A stretch of DNA of 20,000 bases, taken from positions 56,398 through 76,397 of the IMG/VR virus record IMGVR_UViG_3300037010_002878; one strand, 5' to 3'. Below the pieces are notes generated by a model, which saw only the letters and a program-made list of their open reading frames with translations, made no database searches and was not told the DNA's origin. Below are positions 7,349 to 16,441 of this stretch, in pieces; the first letter of the stretch is position 1; every line of letters begins with the position of its first letter. The position numbers were made by a program, and so were the translations under genes. This stretch comes from an uncultured virus (IMG/VR IMGVR_UViG_3300037010_002878) (taxonomy: Duplodnaviria; Heunggongvirae; Uroviricota; Caudoviricetes).

Positions 7349-8060
7349 ATTTAGTTAAAACAGCGAAAATATCTGTCAATTTTTTAGGTGTGAAGTTTAT
7401 TACTTCAACACTACAGTTAAATGATTTTTCTGAGTTAATAGCATTTGAATGACTATGTCCATGGATATTATAATCACATTTATAATCATTGTATAATTTG
7501 GTCAAATATCTAAATGGTTCTCTATATTTTCCCTCAAAGTTTTCATTATATTGGTGGATTCCAAAATGGGAAAACATTACCCTTTTGCCGTTTATATCAA
7601 TTATAATACAATGAGCTAGTCCTGGAGCATTGTCTATGATTTTAGGATTATCTAATAAAATTACTGGACAATCAATTACGAAATTCCATCCGTTTTGATA
7701 ATAAAGAGAATTATCAGATTTATCATGATTGCCTTTAATTAAGATTAATGATTCCCCTTCCAACTTTAAAGATATTGCTAGGTTTTCTTCAGTTTTTGTC
7801 GGGTTCATTTTATCAATACATACATCACCTAAATGAATTAAAGTATCAGAATCAAAAACAGTTTCATTCCAGTTTTCTACCATAAGATCTTCAAAATCTT
7901 TTAATGTTTGCTTACCTTTAGATAATGTATAAGTTTTTCTAATTGGTTCAAATTTCTCAAAGACTTTTACATGCCCGAAATGAGTATCAGAAATACATAA
8001 CACGTTCTGTAGCAATTTTTGTTTAAGTTCATGTAAATTGTCTCGCAATTTAATGTTCAT
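7329..8060 (-). CDS. calcineurin-like metallophosphoesterase
   Basis: All five motifs present: SDTHFGH, HLGDV, KGNHD, FSH, HGHSH. Confidence 0.92.
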   Translation of the reverse strand: MNIKLRDNLHELKQKLLQNVLCISDTHFGHVKVFEKFEPIRKTYTLSKGKQTLKDFEDLMVENWNETVFDSDTLIHLGDVCIDKMNPTKTEENLAISLKLEGESLILIKGNHDKSDNSLYYQNGWNFVIDCPVILLDNPKIIDNAPGLAHCIIIDINGKRVMFSHFGIHQYNENFEGKYREPFRYLTKLYNDYKCDYNIHGHSHSNAINSEKSFNCSVEVINFTPKKLTDIFAVLTKFKNKLL

Positions 8061-8071
8061 TTTTTTCTTCT

Positions 8072-9325
8072 TTATATACGGTAATTTTTAAAATTTTTAA
8101 ATTTAGAAAATCCATCCCAATCTTTACCTGAAGTGTTTAAGAAAAAACAAGGTACTTTTGGAGGAATTTTCCACTCTGTTGATGATTCTATCCACATATC
8201 ACTAATTATTACTATAGCGTTGTGGTCTATTTTATTATCTCTAATATATTCAATTGCTGGGTAAATTCTAGTTCCGCCATGAGCTGATCTATTAAATTTA
8301 GTGGTTGTTTTTGTTACCTCAGTTACTTCATGAATATCTGTATCGACTTGAATAACTTTTAGATTTGAATTAGTCAATTTACAAATTTCTTTAATTTCAT
8401 TCAAACCATCAGCCAACATTTTGTCTTGCATAGAGCCAGAAACATCCATGACTACAATTAAGTCAAATATACGATCTTTAGTTATTCCTTTAATTTCTTC
8501 TCTATTAGGGAATCTTCGATCTGGACGCATGATTGTTCTACGTTTATTTGCTTTTTTGTTTCCAACGATCCGTCTCAATTCTTTGCGCCAATCAACCACA
8601 GCTTTTTTTGTATATAAAGAAATCATGTCAGCGTAATCGCTTGGTTCATTTCCTCTAGATTTTTCAGAGGCTTTTTCTAACATATTTTTGGTAACTTCTT
8701 TTCTATATTCTTCATCCCCTTCTGATTCTTTATCATGAGCATCAATCGGTATATCAAAAGGTATATCAATTTCAGAACCATCTCCAAAACATTCATCAGA
8801 ATCTACATCTAAAGATCCTTTCTTAATTGCTTCTTCAAACAATTCTTCCATCTGTTTTTTTAGCTTTTCATCTTGCTCTTTTTTCTGATTATATTTCTCA
8901 TTATCAAGTAATGCAATATAATATTGCTCTGCCGAAAATCCTGCAGGTAAATCAAATTGACTATAATGAAGAGCTGTTTTTGGAAGATCTTTGATTAGCT
9001 GATTTATAGCTATATCTGTAGCATAATTCCATCTTTCATGGTCATCTTTTTTTCTAACTGTTACATGATTGTATGCTATATGAAACGCTTCATGAATTAA
9101 AATAGCTACTTTTTCTTTTTTTGTAAATTTATTGAACAGAATTGGATTTATAACCAAACCATATGTATAAGTATCAAAATAAACACCTGCAGGGGCTCTA
9201 AAAGATTTATCCATCGAAATTTTACATTGAGCCAATAAATGTGCATAAAATTGTAGATTATTTGTAGGATCTATCATATTTGCTACAATTTCTTCAAAAT
9301 AAAATCTATTTCCTGCAGTTTTCAC
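8072..9325 (-). CDS. HEXXH metallopeptidase-like plus vWA-domain protein (DUF2201-type), typical MoxR ATPase partner
   Basis: AILIHEAFHIAYNH, WNYATDIAINQ, SAEQYY, acidic linker, VDWRKELRR, RPDRRF, MIDAS DVSGSM, HGGT, ISDM. Confidence 0.88.
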   Translation of the reverse strand: MKTAGNRFYFEEIVANMIDPTNNLQFYAHLLAQCKISMDKSFRAPAGVYFDTYTYGLVINPILFNKFTKKEKVAILIHEAFHIAYNHVTVRKKDDHERWNYATDIAINQLIKDLPKTALHYSQFDLPAGFSAEQYYIALLDNEKYNQKKEQDEKLKKQMEELFEEAIKKGSLDVDSDECFGDGSEIDIPFDIPIDAHDKESEGDEEYRKEVTKNMLEKASEKSRGNEPSDYADMISLYTKKAVVDWRKELRRIVGNKKANKRRTIMRPDRRFPNREEIKGITKDRIFDLIVVMDVSGSMQDKMLADGLNEIKEICKLTNSNLKVIQVDTDIHEVTEVTKTTTKFNRSAHGGTRIYPAIEYIRDNKIDHNAIVIISDMWIESSTEWKIPPKVPCFFLNTSGKDWDGFSKFKNFKNYRI

Positions 9326-9334
9326 ATCAATCCT

Positions 9335-9691
9335 TTATAAATATAATTCTGGAAATTCTTTACCATATTTTTTTACAAATTGGTTATACTTAGCTTCTCT
9401 CTGTCTAATCATTAGTAAAGTATCAAAACCTAACGGCTTTAAAAAATCTGCCTTTAAGTCTAAAACATTTACAAAAATATCTTTAGCATTTGATTTTAGC
9501 ATTCCATCAATTTCAAAAAAAGATCTAATTATAGAATCACCATCTTCTAATTTCAAAATAACGTCATAACATGTGACTATTTCTTTATCTTGCAATGCGG
9601 AAGATATTTTGTAACTCATTGGAACAGCTTTGATTACTGAGTTGTTCTTTTTACAAAAAACCATTTCTAAATTGAATTTGTCAATAATCAT
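9335..9691 (-). CDS. hypothetical protein ending in FPELYL
   Basis: 118-aa ORF with AAGGA RBS, directly after a promoter. Confidence 0.75.
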   Translation of the reverse strand: MIIDKFNLEMVFCKKNNSVIKAVPMSYKISSALQDKEIVTCYDVILKLEDGDSIIRSFFEIDGMLKSNAKDIFVNVLDLKADFLKPLGFDTLLMIRQREAKYNQFVKKYGKEFPELYL

Positions 9692-9707
9692 AATTTTCCT
9701 TTTTATA

Positions 9708-9728
9708 ATTATAACATAATAAACTTAG
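9708..9728 (-). promoter_or_regulatory. sigma70-type promoter
   Basis: Minus strand CTAAG TTTATTA TGTTATAAT. Confidence 0.7.
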
Positions 9729-9740
9729 CCTAAAATAAAG

Positions 9741-9908
9741 TTATTTCTTAATGTAAAGAATTGTAACTCCAGCTATGACAAAAACCCACAAAATATTCCA
9801 AGACAATTTAATTAACAATGCTAGAATCATAAACAAGAAACTTATAATATAAGGAAATGAAAATAATATCAACATTCCTATAATAACATAAACAAATATT
9901 TTATTCAT
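9741..9908 (-). CDS. small two-TM membrane protein (55 aa)
   Basis: MNKIFVYVIIGMLILFSFPYIISFLFMILALLIKLSWNILWVFVIAGVTILYIKK. The likely start is ATG at 9908, overlapping the upstream stop (ORF track extends to 9989). Confidence 0.6.
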   Translation of the reverse strand: MNKIFVYVIIGMLILFSFPYIISFLFMILALLIKLSWNILWVFVIAGVTILYIKK

Positions 9909-10200
9909 TAAATTTCTTTTTGACCATTTCAACATAATAAGAAGTATTGAAATCTTTGAATTTTTTACCTTTGACCACGGTATATTCACATTCGATAGGA
10001 TTTTTTTCTAAATTAAATACTTGTGTATCTCCTACAAAATAATAAGTACCTACACATTGACCTTCTTGAGTCAAATATTCTTTATTGTTGTCGGTATATT
10101 TAATGTAACGCTTATCGATAAAATCAGGCTCAATAATAGCTATGACTACGATAATAACAAAAAATAATAATACAGCTAAAAATTCAATTACAAATCTCAT
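9901..10200 (-). CDS. N-terminally membrane-anchored hypothetical protein
   Basis: GAGGA RBS before ATG at 10200; TM segment FLAVLLFFVIIVVIAII followed by a soluble domain with two Cys. Confidence 0.7.
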   Translation of the reverse strand: MRFVIEFLAVLLFFVIIVVIAIIEPDFIDKRYIKYTDNNKEYLTQEGQCVGTYYFVGDTQVFNLEKNPIECEYTVVKGKKFKDFNTSYYVEMVKKKFNE

Positions 10201-10279
10201 TAGGTTTTTCCTCAAATAAATTTAAATTCTCACAATGTAAACATGTTTTATCAAAGTAATGTTTACATAAATCTTTCTT

Positions 10280-10531
10280 CTAACATGTCACATTTGGAAC
10301 TTTTTGTTTCAAAATCAAATCATTCAATAAATTTCTAACATCTAAAGCTACTTGAGCATCCATATACAATCTTTCCGGTGCTTGACATCGGTCATTAACT
10401 GTAGCAAAATTATATAATCCAATGTTATGATCTAAATAAACAAAGAAATTATCTGCATTTTTTGCTGAATTGAATGGTCTAGAACCTCCACAATGATTTA
10501 CTATCTGTTTGAATTGTTCATAATCTATCAT
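10280..10531 (-). CDS. hypothetical protein; the frame continues past TAG to 10184
   Basis: 83-aa ORF with AAGGA RBS, coupled by ATGA overlap; see the readthrough finding. Confidence 0.65.
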   Translation of the reverse strand: MIDYEQFKQIVNHCGGSRPFNSAKNADNFFVYLDHNIGLYNFATVNDRCQAPERLYMDAQVALDVRNLLNDLILKQKVPNVTC

Positions 10532-10632
10532 TTTTCTTCCTTTTTAGCTTTATATTTAATTTTGGCAATCTTAATCATAGCATCTGACATAATCCATAAG
10601 CTTATGACAATGACAACTGTAATATTAATCAT
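10528..10632 (-). CDS. small membrane peptide, 34 aa (MINITVVIVISLWIMSDAMIKIAKIKYKAKKEEK)
   Basis: AGGAG RBS; ATGA overlaps with both flanking genes; hydrophobic N-terminus and basic tail. Confidence 0.65.
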   Translation of the reverse strand: MINITVVIVISLWIMSDAMIKIAKIKYKAKKEEK

Positions 10633-11402
10633 CTTCGCTCCTGCTGCAATTTCATACGCTTAGCAAAAAATTCTTTTGGGTCCAAAAATGCAATTTGAAA
10701 AGATTCCGGACATTTTTTAAGATAAACCTTGTCACCTTTTTCTAAACCGGTAATAGGAACCCCATCTACATATAAAGTAGGATTTGATCTTAATGATTCA
10801 ATTTTTATTTTGACTTTCTGTGGTTTCATCAATTCATTTATTCGATGATTAGAAACCACAGATGTAATGCTCCAAAGATTAGAGTCAATAGGCAATAATT
10901 TACCACCATTGTTCATATTAAACGCCGAGGAACCCAAAGGAGTGCTTACACAAATACCAGTTCCATTAAATTTAAATTCTTCAAAAGATCCATTCTTAGA
11001 AGAGATTTCAAAAGAATTCCAATCAGAAATGTCTGAGCCTATAATAACATCATTAATTGCTTCATATTCTCCAATCATACCAGATTGAAATTTTGTAATT
11101 ATTTTAATTTTAGGAGTTTTTATAATGGTTGGTTTTAATGTATCATTAAGCAATCCTTCAATAACACGAAAATCATTGCCAAAATTGTTCATGATGAAAT
11201 TAAGAGTGCCTAATCCTTTTCCAAAAAACGGGATAGCTTCATTATAATTCTTGTGGGCATGAAGCATGCTGCCATCACCGCCCACTACAAAGTACATTTC
11301 TGGATTTTCTTCATTCATCATCTCGGGAAATGATTTGGAAAGAAATCTGATATATGAATCTTGACGTGGATCATTTACATTTACAATAGCTTTAATTTTC
11401 AT
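10629..11402 (-). CDS. nadK: NAD(+) kinase
   Basis: VVGGDGSML, GTLNF, AINDV, GTGICVSTPLGSSAFNMNNGG, LYVDG. Confidence 0.9.
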   Translation of the reverse strand: MKIKAIVNVNDPRQDSYIRFLSKSFPEMMNEENPEMYFVVGGDGSMLHAHKNYNEAIPFFGKGLGTLNFIMNNFGNDFRVIEGLLNDTLKPTIIKTPKIKIITKFQSGMIGEYEAINDVIIGSDISDWNSFEISSKNGSFEEFKFNGTGICVSTPLGSSAFNMNNGGKLLPIDSNLWSITSVVSNHRINELMKPQKVKIKIESLRSNPTLYVDGVPITGLEKGDKVYLKKCPESFQIAFLDPKEFFAKRMKLQQERR

Positions 11403-11547
11403 TTAGTTATCCTTCATTCTCAAATTGAAAATCTCTAATCCCATTTACTAAACTATAATCTTAAACAATTCACATCAAAAACCAATGTATGTTTAACTCA
11501 TAGAGAAAAGCATAAATTGTATTTTTAATTCTTCTTTCTATACAATA

Positions 11548-11568
11548 ATTATATCATGATAATCTTAA
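11548..11568 (-). promoter_or_regulatory. sigma70-type promoter upstream of NAD kinase (about 140-nt leader)
   Basis: Minus strand TTAAG ATTATCA TGATATAAT. Confidence 0.7.
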
Positions 11569-11649
11569 AGGAAAATTAATTTTATTTACCAATTTTCTGA
11601 GATTATAATCAATATTTTTCTCAGAAAGATTAGCTGATTGTTTGTTCAT
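11554..11649 (-). CDS. putative 31-aa peptide MNKQSANLSEKNIDYNLRKLVNKINFPLRLS
   Basis: AAGGAG RBS just upstream of ATG at 11649; contains a 9-bp inverted repeat TTTCTGAGA/TCTCAGAAA (11594-11627). Confidence 0.35.
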   Translation of the reverse strand: MNKQSANLSEKNIDYNLRKLVNKINFPLRLS

Positions 11650-11689
11650 AACTCCTTTGTTGTTATGAAAAAATAGTAAAATTGTTAAG

Positions 11690-11911
11690 TTATTGTGGAT
11701 CCTGATATGCTAATAACTTTTCTTTGTCGATATGAAAAGACATAGGTATTCCTCTGGAATACAATTCATCAATATCAAATTCACTAAAAAGTTCGTTAGT
11801 TGCAGGAATTTCATAAGGTCCTTTAAACCAAGTAAATAATCCAACGGTTTCAACTTTTATTTTTCGTACTCCATCATAAACGTGGGGTGTTAGAATTATG
11901 CCTAAAATCAT
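11690..11911 (-). CDS. hypothetical protein
   Basis: 73-aa ORF with AGGAG RBS. Confidence 0.6.
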   Translation of the reverse strand: MILGIILTPHVYDGVRKIKVETVGLFTWFKGPYEIPATNELFSEFDIDELYSRGIPMSFHIDKEKLLAYQDPQ

Positions 11912-11944
11912 ATCATTCTCCTGTATAAAAAAATACAGTAGTAT

Positions 11945-12433
11945 TTATTGAGCTTTAATTATTCGATCAAACACTGTAAGATTTGGGTCATATCTAGGCA
12001 TGTTTTTTATATCACTTTTTGATAGATAATAATTATATACATCACCATCATGATTAACTAAACATTCAACTGCACAACCTACTCCTGCAGATCTGCTAAC
12101 TCCAGCTCTGCAATGTATGAGAAATTTTTTGTCTTTATTTTTTACAATAAAATCTCTGATAATTTTTCCTTGTTCCCAAGTCAATGGTTCATATTTTCCT
12201 ATCTTATATTCTACATCCCAAAATTTTATTTCTAAAACATCATGGAATCCTATTGTAGATGTTGGGTCATCTACGCTCATATATGGAGCGCTAGCTTCGG
12301 GCTCGGTTATAGATATAAGAACTAATTTTTTTCTATCTTCAGTAGATAACAATTTATGATATTCTTTGAATTCATGTTGTCCCATGATTCCTTCAAATAA
12401 ATCATTTTGGACAATCTCTCTATCAAACACCAT
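11945..12433 (-). CDS. Cys-based protein tyrosine/dual-specificity phosphatase-like protein
   Basis: Signature LIHCRAGVSRSAG (CX5R), LISITEP, IKFWDV, PNLTV. Confidence 0.88.
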   Translation of the reverse strand: MVFDREIVQNDLFEGIMGQHEFKEYHKLLSTEDRKKLVLISITEPEASAPYMSVDDPTSTIGFHDVLEIKFWDVEYKIGKYEPLTWEQGKIIRDFIVKNKDKKFLIHCRAGVSRSAGVGCAVECLVNHDGDVYNYYLSKSDIKNMPRYDPNLTVFDRIIKAQ

Positions 12434-12650
12434 GTAATTCCTTTGCTAATAAAATTGTATCAATAAAATCTTGATAAGTATACGTATTCATCTCAAAATA
12501 TTCTCGATGAATAAAATTCAAAGCATGTCGAGAAGTGAAATCTAATTCATTCAAGTTTCTTAATAAAATAAAGTATTTCAATTGTAGGCTCATCTCTTGT
12601 ACTGAATGACATTGGAGATAAGTTTTTACTATGTCTTCTGTACTATTCAT
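12423..12650 (-). CDS. hypothetical protein
   Basis: 75-aa ORF with AGGAG RBS, directly after a promoter. Confidence 0.7.
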   Translation of the reverse strand: MNSTEDIVKTYLQCHSVQEMSLQLKYFILLRNLNELDFTSRHALNFIHREYFEMNTYTYQDFIDTILLAKELHGV

Positions 12651-12669
12651 TGAATCTCCTTATTTTTAT

Positions 12670-12691
12670 ATTATAACATAAATATGTTTAA
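12670..12691 (-). promoter_or_regulatory. sigma70-type promoter
   Basis: Minus strand TTAAAC ATATTTA TGTTATAAT. Confidence 0.65.
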
Positions 12692-13202
12692 ATCAACATT
12701 AAGAAAAAATATGATATATTTAAAAACTAACGAAATACGACAAATTAAAGAGATGTTATTAGAGCAACAAGGTGGAATCTGTCCTATATCAAAAATTCCC
12801 ATTTTTGGTGAGATAGCAGTTCTAGATCATAAACATAAACTATTTAAAGATCAACCTTTAGGTGAAGATGGAGCAGGATTTTGTAGAGGAGTTTTGCATA
12901 GATCTGTTAACTCTTTTGAAGGAAAGGTTTTCAATGCATGGAGACGATTAGGTTTACATAAAATAGATATAACTTTGCCAGATCTTTTGAGAAATTTAGC
13001 AGACTATTTAGAAAGAGAACCAACCGAATATATACACCCAACTGAGGTTCCTAAAGAACCTAAATTAGGTAAAAATGAATTCAAAAAATTAGCTAAAATT
13101 TATTCGGAAAAATATCCTAAACGAAAACCATTAAAATATCCCAGCTCTGGAAAATGGACTAAGCAATTATTAGAACTTAAAAATGAACTCAATGTTGATT
13201 AA
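12684..13202 (+). CDS. endonuclease VII (T4 gp49)-like HNH-fold nuclease
   Basis: QQGGICPIS...AVLDHKH...CRGVLHRSVNSFEGK...LLRNLADYLE...YIHP. The true start may be ATG at 12711. Confidence 0.8.
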   Translation: MFKSTLRKNMIYLKTNEIRQIKEMLLEQQGGICPISKIPIFGEIAVLDHKHKLFKDQPLGEDGAGFCRGVLHRSVNSFEGKVFNAWRRLGLHKIDITLPDLLRNLADYLEREPTEYIHPTEVPKEPKLGKNEFKKLAKIYSEKYPKRKPLKYPSSGKWTKQLLELKNELNVD

Positions 13203-15858
13203 AATATTTGTAATATTTTATGTGTTCTTCGCTTAAGACCATTCTTCCATTTTTGGGTTTGTAACCTATTTTCTTTAAGAAACTTTTAAATTTTCTACCT
13301 TGATTTATATCTGAATCTATTTGTAAGATTTCATTTTCAGAATACCATGTTTTTATGGTTGAAAGTTTTAATTGAATCAAATATGAATAAAAGGATATTT
13401 TATCTTTATTTTGAATAGAATTTACAGAAGATGCGATAATCAAAGATAGCTTCTTTTGAATTACTTCTACATCCAAAGATGATTCTTTTAATAACTGCAA
13501 TTCTTTTATGAATTTTCCAGATTCTCTAGCATTTATTTCTGCAATTTTTAATACATCATTTCTTTTAAGCTTAGGAAATTTTTCTTTAATGTCACCCAAT
13601 ATCAGTGCAGTACGCTCTTCATCTGTTAAATCAATTGTTTTGGATCTTAATTCCATTAGATATTCATCTGAGTAATTACATTCTTTGTTATTTTTAAGCA
13701 TAGTAATTATGCTGTCTTTTAGGGCATCTTTATGCTCTTTAATCATATTATAAAAGCTTAATGAATTATCATTAACAGAAATTTCTTCAGTTGTGTAGCT
13801 GAATTGTTCCCCCATTAATATTTTAAAAGCATTAGAATGATTGTTTTCTAAAATATTGTAATAAGCTTCTATTTGATTAGCAAATTTTCCTAGCCAAGAT
13901 AATTTGAAATCTCCCTCTTCATCAATTTCTATCAATAAAGTGCTTTGTCTCCCATTAAAGTAATTGACAATATCATAATTAGATAATGTATCAAGATCTT
14001 CAGAATTTGTAGGATTATATCGTTGAGACTCTTTTAAAAATGTATGAAGAACTGTAGCTTTTCTAGATCTTTTCACCATTTGTAATGAACTAATAACATC
14101 TGCGGATAATCCAGTATCAAAATGAAAATGATGTGTTACATTATTTAGATTAGACACGCCTACAGTTAATGTAGGAGAAAATAATAAAACATCCCATTTA
14201 GCTTCTTCTTCTTGAAATATCTCATATATTTTTCTCTTTCTCAATTCTGGAGTTTCTGCAGTTAGCGTCTGAACATTAAACCCTAATTTGGAAAGCTCCA
14301 TTTCCATAGCATGCAAAGCGTTTTTGGACATAACTGATACAGTAACGGATTCATTTTTTTGTTTGTTTTTAAGAACATGTAGCAAAGAACTAAAAAACAT
14401 TTCCCGGTGTTTATAATTGTAATGTTTTATTACATCCTTATAATCATTTCTTATATAATACATAAATTTTTTAGTTAATAATGAATTTTCAAAACCATTT
14501 AAAAATGCATCTGCTATTACTATTTTTTTGGAACCATTTAATATACTATAAAATTTACTTAAATTATAATTTTTGTCATTAGATAATTCAGATCTAGATT
14601 GAAACAATAAAGACATAAATTCATCTAAGATTACAATATCAAAATATTTAATTTGATACTTATATAAAGAATCAAATTGAACAATCAAATGCTCTCCTGG
14701 AGTCCATGAATCATCACCTTTATCTAAATAGGTTTTGATGTTATATTTGTTACTATAATCCATGGCTACGGATATTCTATTTGAAATTATGAGTACCCGT
14801 TCATCTGTATTTTTTATTATGTAATCAATAATTGAGCTCTTTCCAGTCCCCATAGCTGATTTTATTTTCAATACAGAATTATTTGTTTCCATGAATTCAT
14901 CGATGAATTCAGAACATTTCTCAATATCTATGTATCTATCATTAAGCAACAATAAATTACTATAAGAGTTTAAATCAGAAATATTGTCTTCTTGTTGTTT
15001 TTTAAATAACTTCTTTAAATATTCTTTACCCTCTTCGGATTGTTTAAATGCATTCCATATGCTTACTGTTCTAGATTCATTGTTATGATGCATTATAAAT
15101 GGTTTTTCAATAAACATAAAAAACCCGCCCTTAGATTTCTGCTCAGAGTTATGTTCAAAATTAATACTACCATTTTCTTTTATAGAACCATCTACCATAT
15201 GATAACCCATAGATTGGTAAATATTGATGCATTTATAAATGCAGTTATGTGCCATGGATAATGAGGGTTTTTGGATTTTTACTTCTCGGTGTTTGACCTT
15301 TTCTATATCAATAAAATTAGATCCAAATTCATTTACATATAATATCTCAGTTTGATATGTTGGTGCATGAAAAGACACATCATTTTTTACTGTCAAATCT
15401 ACTTTACATAAATCTTGAAGATGTGCTTGAAGGAATTGGACATGTTTTCTTAGCGTTGTATTAGTGTTCTCAGTGTTTATTACTAAGAATCCTTTTATGT
15501 TGAAATTGTCTAATCCATTAAAAGATTTAGACTTTGCTAAGACACAGGTATAATCAGAATCTTTGAAAAAATCTCGTATTTTATAATAATCATCTGAACA
15601 TGTAATCTCATCCAAATCTAATACCATGATATTGTTAGATTTGTCACGATATTGAGCTAATTCAGATTTGTTTTTTTCAGCTATGATGCTTTCAACAGTT
15701 AAAGCATTAGATAAAATCCAATTTTCTGAAAGCACAGAAACACATTCTTCTAAGGTCAAGCACTTGACTGTAGTGAATTTGTACGCTTTATTTCCATATG
15801 GTGATTTAGGAACTTTCTCTGTAGATTTCTTAGCGTTGAATTTTGTTAGAGAATACAT
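13189..15858 (-). CDS. origin-binding-protein (UL9/T5 D2-like) SF2 helicase with a possible N-terminal primase-like domain
   Basis: KSAMGTGKS, LIISNRISVA, IVQFDSLYKY, IVILDEFMS, IADAFL, FSPTLTVGVS, SLQMVKRSR; N-terminal MVLDLDE...AKSKS. The start is probably ATG at 15858 (AGGA RBS). Confidence 0.78.
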   Translation of the reverse strand: MYSLTKFNAKKSTEKVPKSPYGNKAYKFTTVKCLTLEECVSVLSENWILSNALTVESIIAEKNKSELAQYRDKSNNIMVLDLDEITCSDDYYKIRDFFKDSDYTCVLAKSKSFNGLDNFNIKGFLVINTENTNTTLRKHVQFLQAHLQDLCKVDLTVKNDVSFHAPTYQTEILYVNEFGSNFIDIEKVKHREVKIQKPSLSMAHNCIYKCINIYQSMGYHMVDGSIKENGSINFEHNSEQKSKGGFFMFIEKPFIMHHNNESRTVSIWNAFKQSEEGKEYLKKLFKKQQEDNISDLNSYSNLLLLNDRYIDIEKCSEFIDEFMETNNSVLKIKSAMGTGKSSIIDYIIKNTDERVLIISNRISVAMDYSNKYNIKTYLDKGDDSWTPGEHLIVQFDSLYKYQIKYFDIVILDEFMSLLFQSRSELSNDKNYNLSKFYSILNGSKKIVIADAFLNGFENSLLTKKFMYYIRNDYKDVIKHYNYKHREMFFSSLLHVLKNKQKNESVTVSVMSKNALHAMEMELSKLGFNVQTLTAETPELRKRKIYEIFQEEEAKWDVLLFSPTLTVGVSNLNNVTHHFHFDTGLSADVISSLQMVKRSRKATVLHTFLKESQRYNPTNSEDLDTLSNYDIVNYFNGRQSTLLIEIDEEGDFKLSWLGKFANQIEAYYNILENNHSNAFKILMGEQFSYTTEEISVNDNSLSFYNMIKEHKDALKDSIITMLKNNKECNYSDEYLMELRSKTIDLTDEERTALILGDIKEKFPKLKRNDVLKIAEINARESGKFIKELQLLKESSLDVEVIQKKLSLIIASSVNSIQNKDKISFYSYLIQLKLSTIKTWYSENEILQIDSDINQGRKFKSFLKKIGYKPKNGRMVLSEEHIKYYKYFNQH

Positions 15859-15868
15859 ACTTTCCTTT

Positions 15869-16414
15869 CTATTTTTTTCGAGGTTTCCTGTCAATCATTC
15901 GTTTTTTGGCTTTACCTTTAGCCCATTGATACAATTGAGTGGATGACATTCCATTATTGAAATTTTCTGCTGGCAAATGAACAGCTTTTAAGAAATATTC
16001 ATGAGGTATAATCAAACAGCGTTTTGATATTCTGTTCTTTATATACAAACGGATTACATACTTAAGTCTCAGCCTAATAATTGCGGGCATTAACATTTTA
16101 TATGATATTACTAAAGGTTTATTTTTCTTTATATTTTCTTTATTTAATTTTAACACATAATTTATCAATATCTTTCTAGATGGAGGCGGGCACCAGTGAA
16201 AATTTAGGCCTAAAACGTATGATTTTGAAGATCTTAATACAAATATCAACGGAGATTTATCAAATATTGCTTCTTGGTTTTTAGCATTATATGAATACGC
16301 CACCATGTTTCCTACGGTAAATGTATTTCTATCTCTAGGTTTGGTGTTAGTTTTTAGTAATTCTTTGAACATTTTTAAAGAATCCAAAGCTAATTGTCTG
16401 TCATTACTAGCCAA
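15869..16414 (-). CDS. T4 gp2-like DNA end protector protein
   Basis: VGNMVAYSYNAK...FDKSPLIF...LGLNFHWCPP..R...IRLYIKNRI...AVHLPAENF; TTG start with GGAG RBS; late promoter upstream. Confidence 0.82.
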   Translation of the reverse strand: MASNDRQLALDSLKMFKELLKTNTKPRDRNTFTVGNMVAYSYNAKNQEAIFDKSPLIFVLRSSKSYVLGLNFHWCPPPSRKILINYVLKLNKENIKKNKPLVISYKMLMPAIIRLRLKYVIRLYIKNRISKRCLIIPHEYFLKAVHLPAENFNNGMSSTQLYQWAKGKAKKRMIDRKPRKK

Positions 16415-16433
16415 CGTATCTCTCCTTTTTTAT

Positions 16434-16441
16434 TATTTATA
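16434..16441 (-). promoter_or_regulatory. T4-type late promoter TATAAATA for gp2-like gene
   Basis: Exact TATAAATA on the minus strand about 20 nt before the start. Confidence 0.65.
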
